Shown piece by piece: positions 62,026 through 64,000 of a stretch of 64,000 bases of DNA. The number at the start of each line of letters is the position of its first letter. The first letter of the stretch is position 1. Source of the stretch: Felis catus. Taxonomy: Eukaryota. The notes under the pieces were generated by a model. The model did no database searches. It worked only from the letters and a program-made list of their open reading frames with translations, and was not told where the DNA came from. Where the stretch lies: assembly GCF_018350175.1 (NCBI RefSeq), contig NC_058373.1, forward strand, positions 108,068,001 to 108,132,000. Reading direction: 5' to 3'. A program made the position numbers and the translations under genes.

Positions 62026-62049
62026 AATGTTTCTTAATTCTCTCTTGAT

Positions 62050-63690
62050 CCTCTCTCTCTATCCGGCTATCATGTCATTTCTCTCCTCTTTAAAGTGAGT
62101 ATTTTTGAAAGAATTGCTTTTATTTACTGTCTCCAATGTCTCCATTCTGTCCTGAACTCACTCCAACAGGCTTTTGCTCTAGACTCTACTAGACTCCAGA
62201 TAATTGCTCTTATGAAAATTAATGAGAACTTGTACATGGTGAAATCCAGTTTTCAATTTGCCTCATTTTACTCATTGGCAACATTCCAAATAGATGATCG
62301 CTCTCTCCATACTCACCTGGTCCTATACTCAGTCACACTGTCTAGGTAAATCCATCAAGCCTCATAGCTTCAAATACCATGTATATCCTTATGACCCCAA
62401 AATTTATATCTCTAGCCCAAACCCATCCTTGGCACTTTGGACTTATACATCCCACTGCTCACTCGACATCTCCATTTGGATGTCTAATAGACGTCTCTAA
62501 CAATATATCCCAAGCTGAACTCCTGATATCCCTCAAATATACTCCTACCACATTCTCTTCTTTTTCACTAAGCTTCTCAGATGTATTCCTTCCTTTCAGT
62601 TACATAGACCCCAAACCTTGCAATGATCCCAGACTCCTCTCTTTTTCTTAGGCAATACACCTCATCTATCAACCAGAACTGTTGGTTCTGCTTTCAAAAT
62701 ATAGCTAGAATTTGCCCACTCCTCACCACCTTTATTGCTGACAGCCTGGTTCAAGCCACCATAATCTCTCAACTTGTTCTCTCTCAGCAGTCTCCTAAAT
62801 GATTCCTCCCTGATCCTCACTCCCCTGCTCCTCTTATCTGCTCTTACCGTTCTACAGTTTATTTCCTTCAAAGGGTTATCCTGATAAATAATAATTCAAT
62901 CATGCCCTTTGTCTGCTGAAAAACCCCCTAATGGTTTCCATCTCACTCAGAATCAAAGGCAGACTCCAAACTATGACCTTTAAAACTCTGTTTGGTCTGA
63001 CCTCACATCATCTCTCAAATGTCATCTTGGACAACCTCCCCTCGTGTACTCTGCTTCAACCACAATGGACTTTTTGTGGTTCCCTGTACACTCCAGGTAT
63101 CTCCTAAGTCTGGGAATTTGCTGTTTCCTCTCTCTATAACACTTTCCCCCGATATACACAAGATTTACACCCTCATTTCCTTCAGGTTTTCCTCAAATGT
63201 CATCTTTTTATTTTTTTATTATTTATTATTAATTTTTTAATGTTTTATTTATTTTTGAGATAGAGACAGACAGACAGGGGAGGGTCAGACAGACAGGGGA
63301 GGGTCGGAGACACAGAATCCAAAACATGCTCCAGGTTCCGAACTGTCAGCACAGACCCTAATGTGGGGCTCACAAACCACAAGATCACAACCTGAGCCAA
63401 AGTCAGACGCTTAACTGACTGAGCCACCCAGGTGCTCCTCAAATGTCATCTTTTTAAACAAAGACTTCTATGACTACTCTATGTAAAATTTCATACATAC
63501 CTCTCTGTGCTATTTTTTCTTCTTGGCATTTATCACTCTCATATGTATGTGTTTGCTCATTTGTTGATTGATTGATTGATTGATTGATTATCTTTCTCCC
63601 TCACTAAATTGCAAACTCTGTGGAGGCAGGGATTTTTATCCATTGTGCCACGTTGTGTTCCAAGCCCAAGGTACAATTACAATGCATTCA
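62050..63690 (+). mobile_element. L2 remnant (ORF2 3' part to 3' end)
   Basis: ctcgacatctccatttggatgtctaatagacgtctc, ggttctgctttcaaaatata, ctggttcaagccaccat, aaactctgtggaggcagggattt. Confidence 0.88.
63210..63437 (-). mobile_element. Can-SINE
   Basis: Perfect TSD ctcaaatgtcatcttttt at 63192 and 63438. Confidence 0.95.
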
Positions 63691-64000
63691 AGGGCGTCTG
63701 GGTGGCTCAGTTGGTTGAGCATCCAACTCTTGATTTCAGCTCAGGTCATGATCCCAGGGTGGTGAGATCGAGCCCTGCATCAGGCTCCATGCTGAGCATG
63801 GAGCCTGCTTAAGATTCTCTGGCATGCCTGAGTGGCTCAGTCTGTTAAGCATTTGACTCTTGGTTTTGGCTCAGTTTGTGATCTCATGGTCTCACAGTTT
63901 GTCAGATCGAGCCCCCCATCAGGCTCTGTGCTGATAGCACAGAGCCTGCTTGAAATTCCCTCTCCCTCTCTCTCTGCCCCTCCCCCATGCATTCTCTCTC
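63691..64000 (+). mobile_element. Two Can-SINEs, the second (from 63821) apparently nested in the first; cut by window edge
   Basis: gggcgtctgggtggctcag...gagcctgcttaagattctct then ggcatgcctgagtggctcag... Confidence 0.92.

Noticed and set aside
1..64000. CRISPR array, prokaryotic operon, defence system or intact ERV
   Set aside because: No regularly spaced repeats, no gene-dense ORFs and no gag/pol/env; the LTRs are old solo remnants in mammalian DNA.

Overview
Mammalian genomic DNA, almost certainly cat or another felid, judged from about 35 tRNA-derived Can-SINEs that include near-identical young SINEC_Fc1-type copies. The window looks intergenic or deep-intronic and is dominated by transposable elements: carnivore SINEs, young carnivore/felid L1 3' ends, old L1M/L1MC/L1ME, L2, MIR, MaLR/ERVL solo LTRs and hAT-type MITEs, plus microsatellites. 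I recognise no protein-coding gene, RNA gene or CpG island. The listed ORFs are repeat-derived or chance, apart from L1 ORF2 remnants. I found no novel multi-gene system. The most informative signals are mechanistic scars: a SINE carrying a locally templated 170-bp copy of upstream L1 DNA, a double truncated-SINE insertion under one TSD, repeated reuse of TSDs as targets, a tail-only insertion, a palindromic MER53-like MITE with a duplicated arm, two hairpins in unique DNA, and a few weak exon candidates. Repeat subfamily names come from recalled consensus features, not a database search, and boundaries of old elements are approximate.
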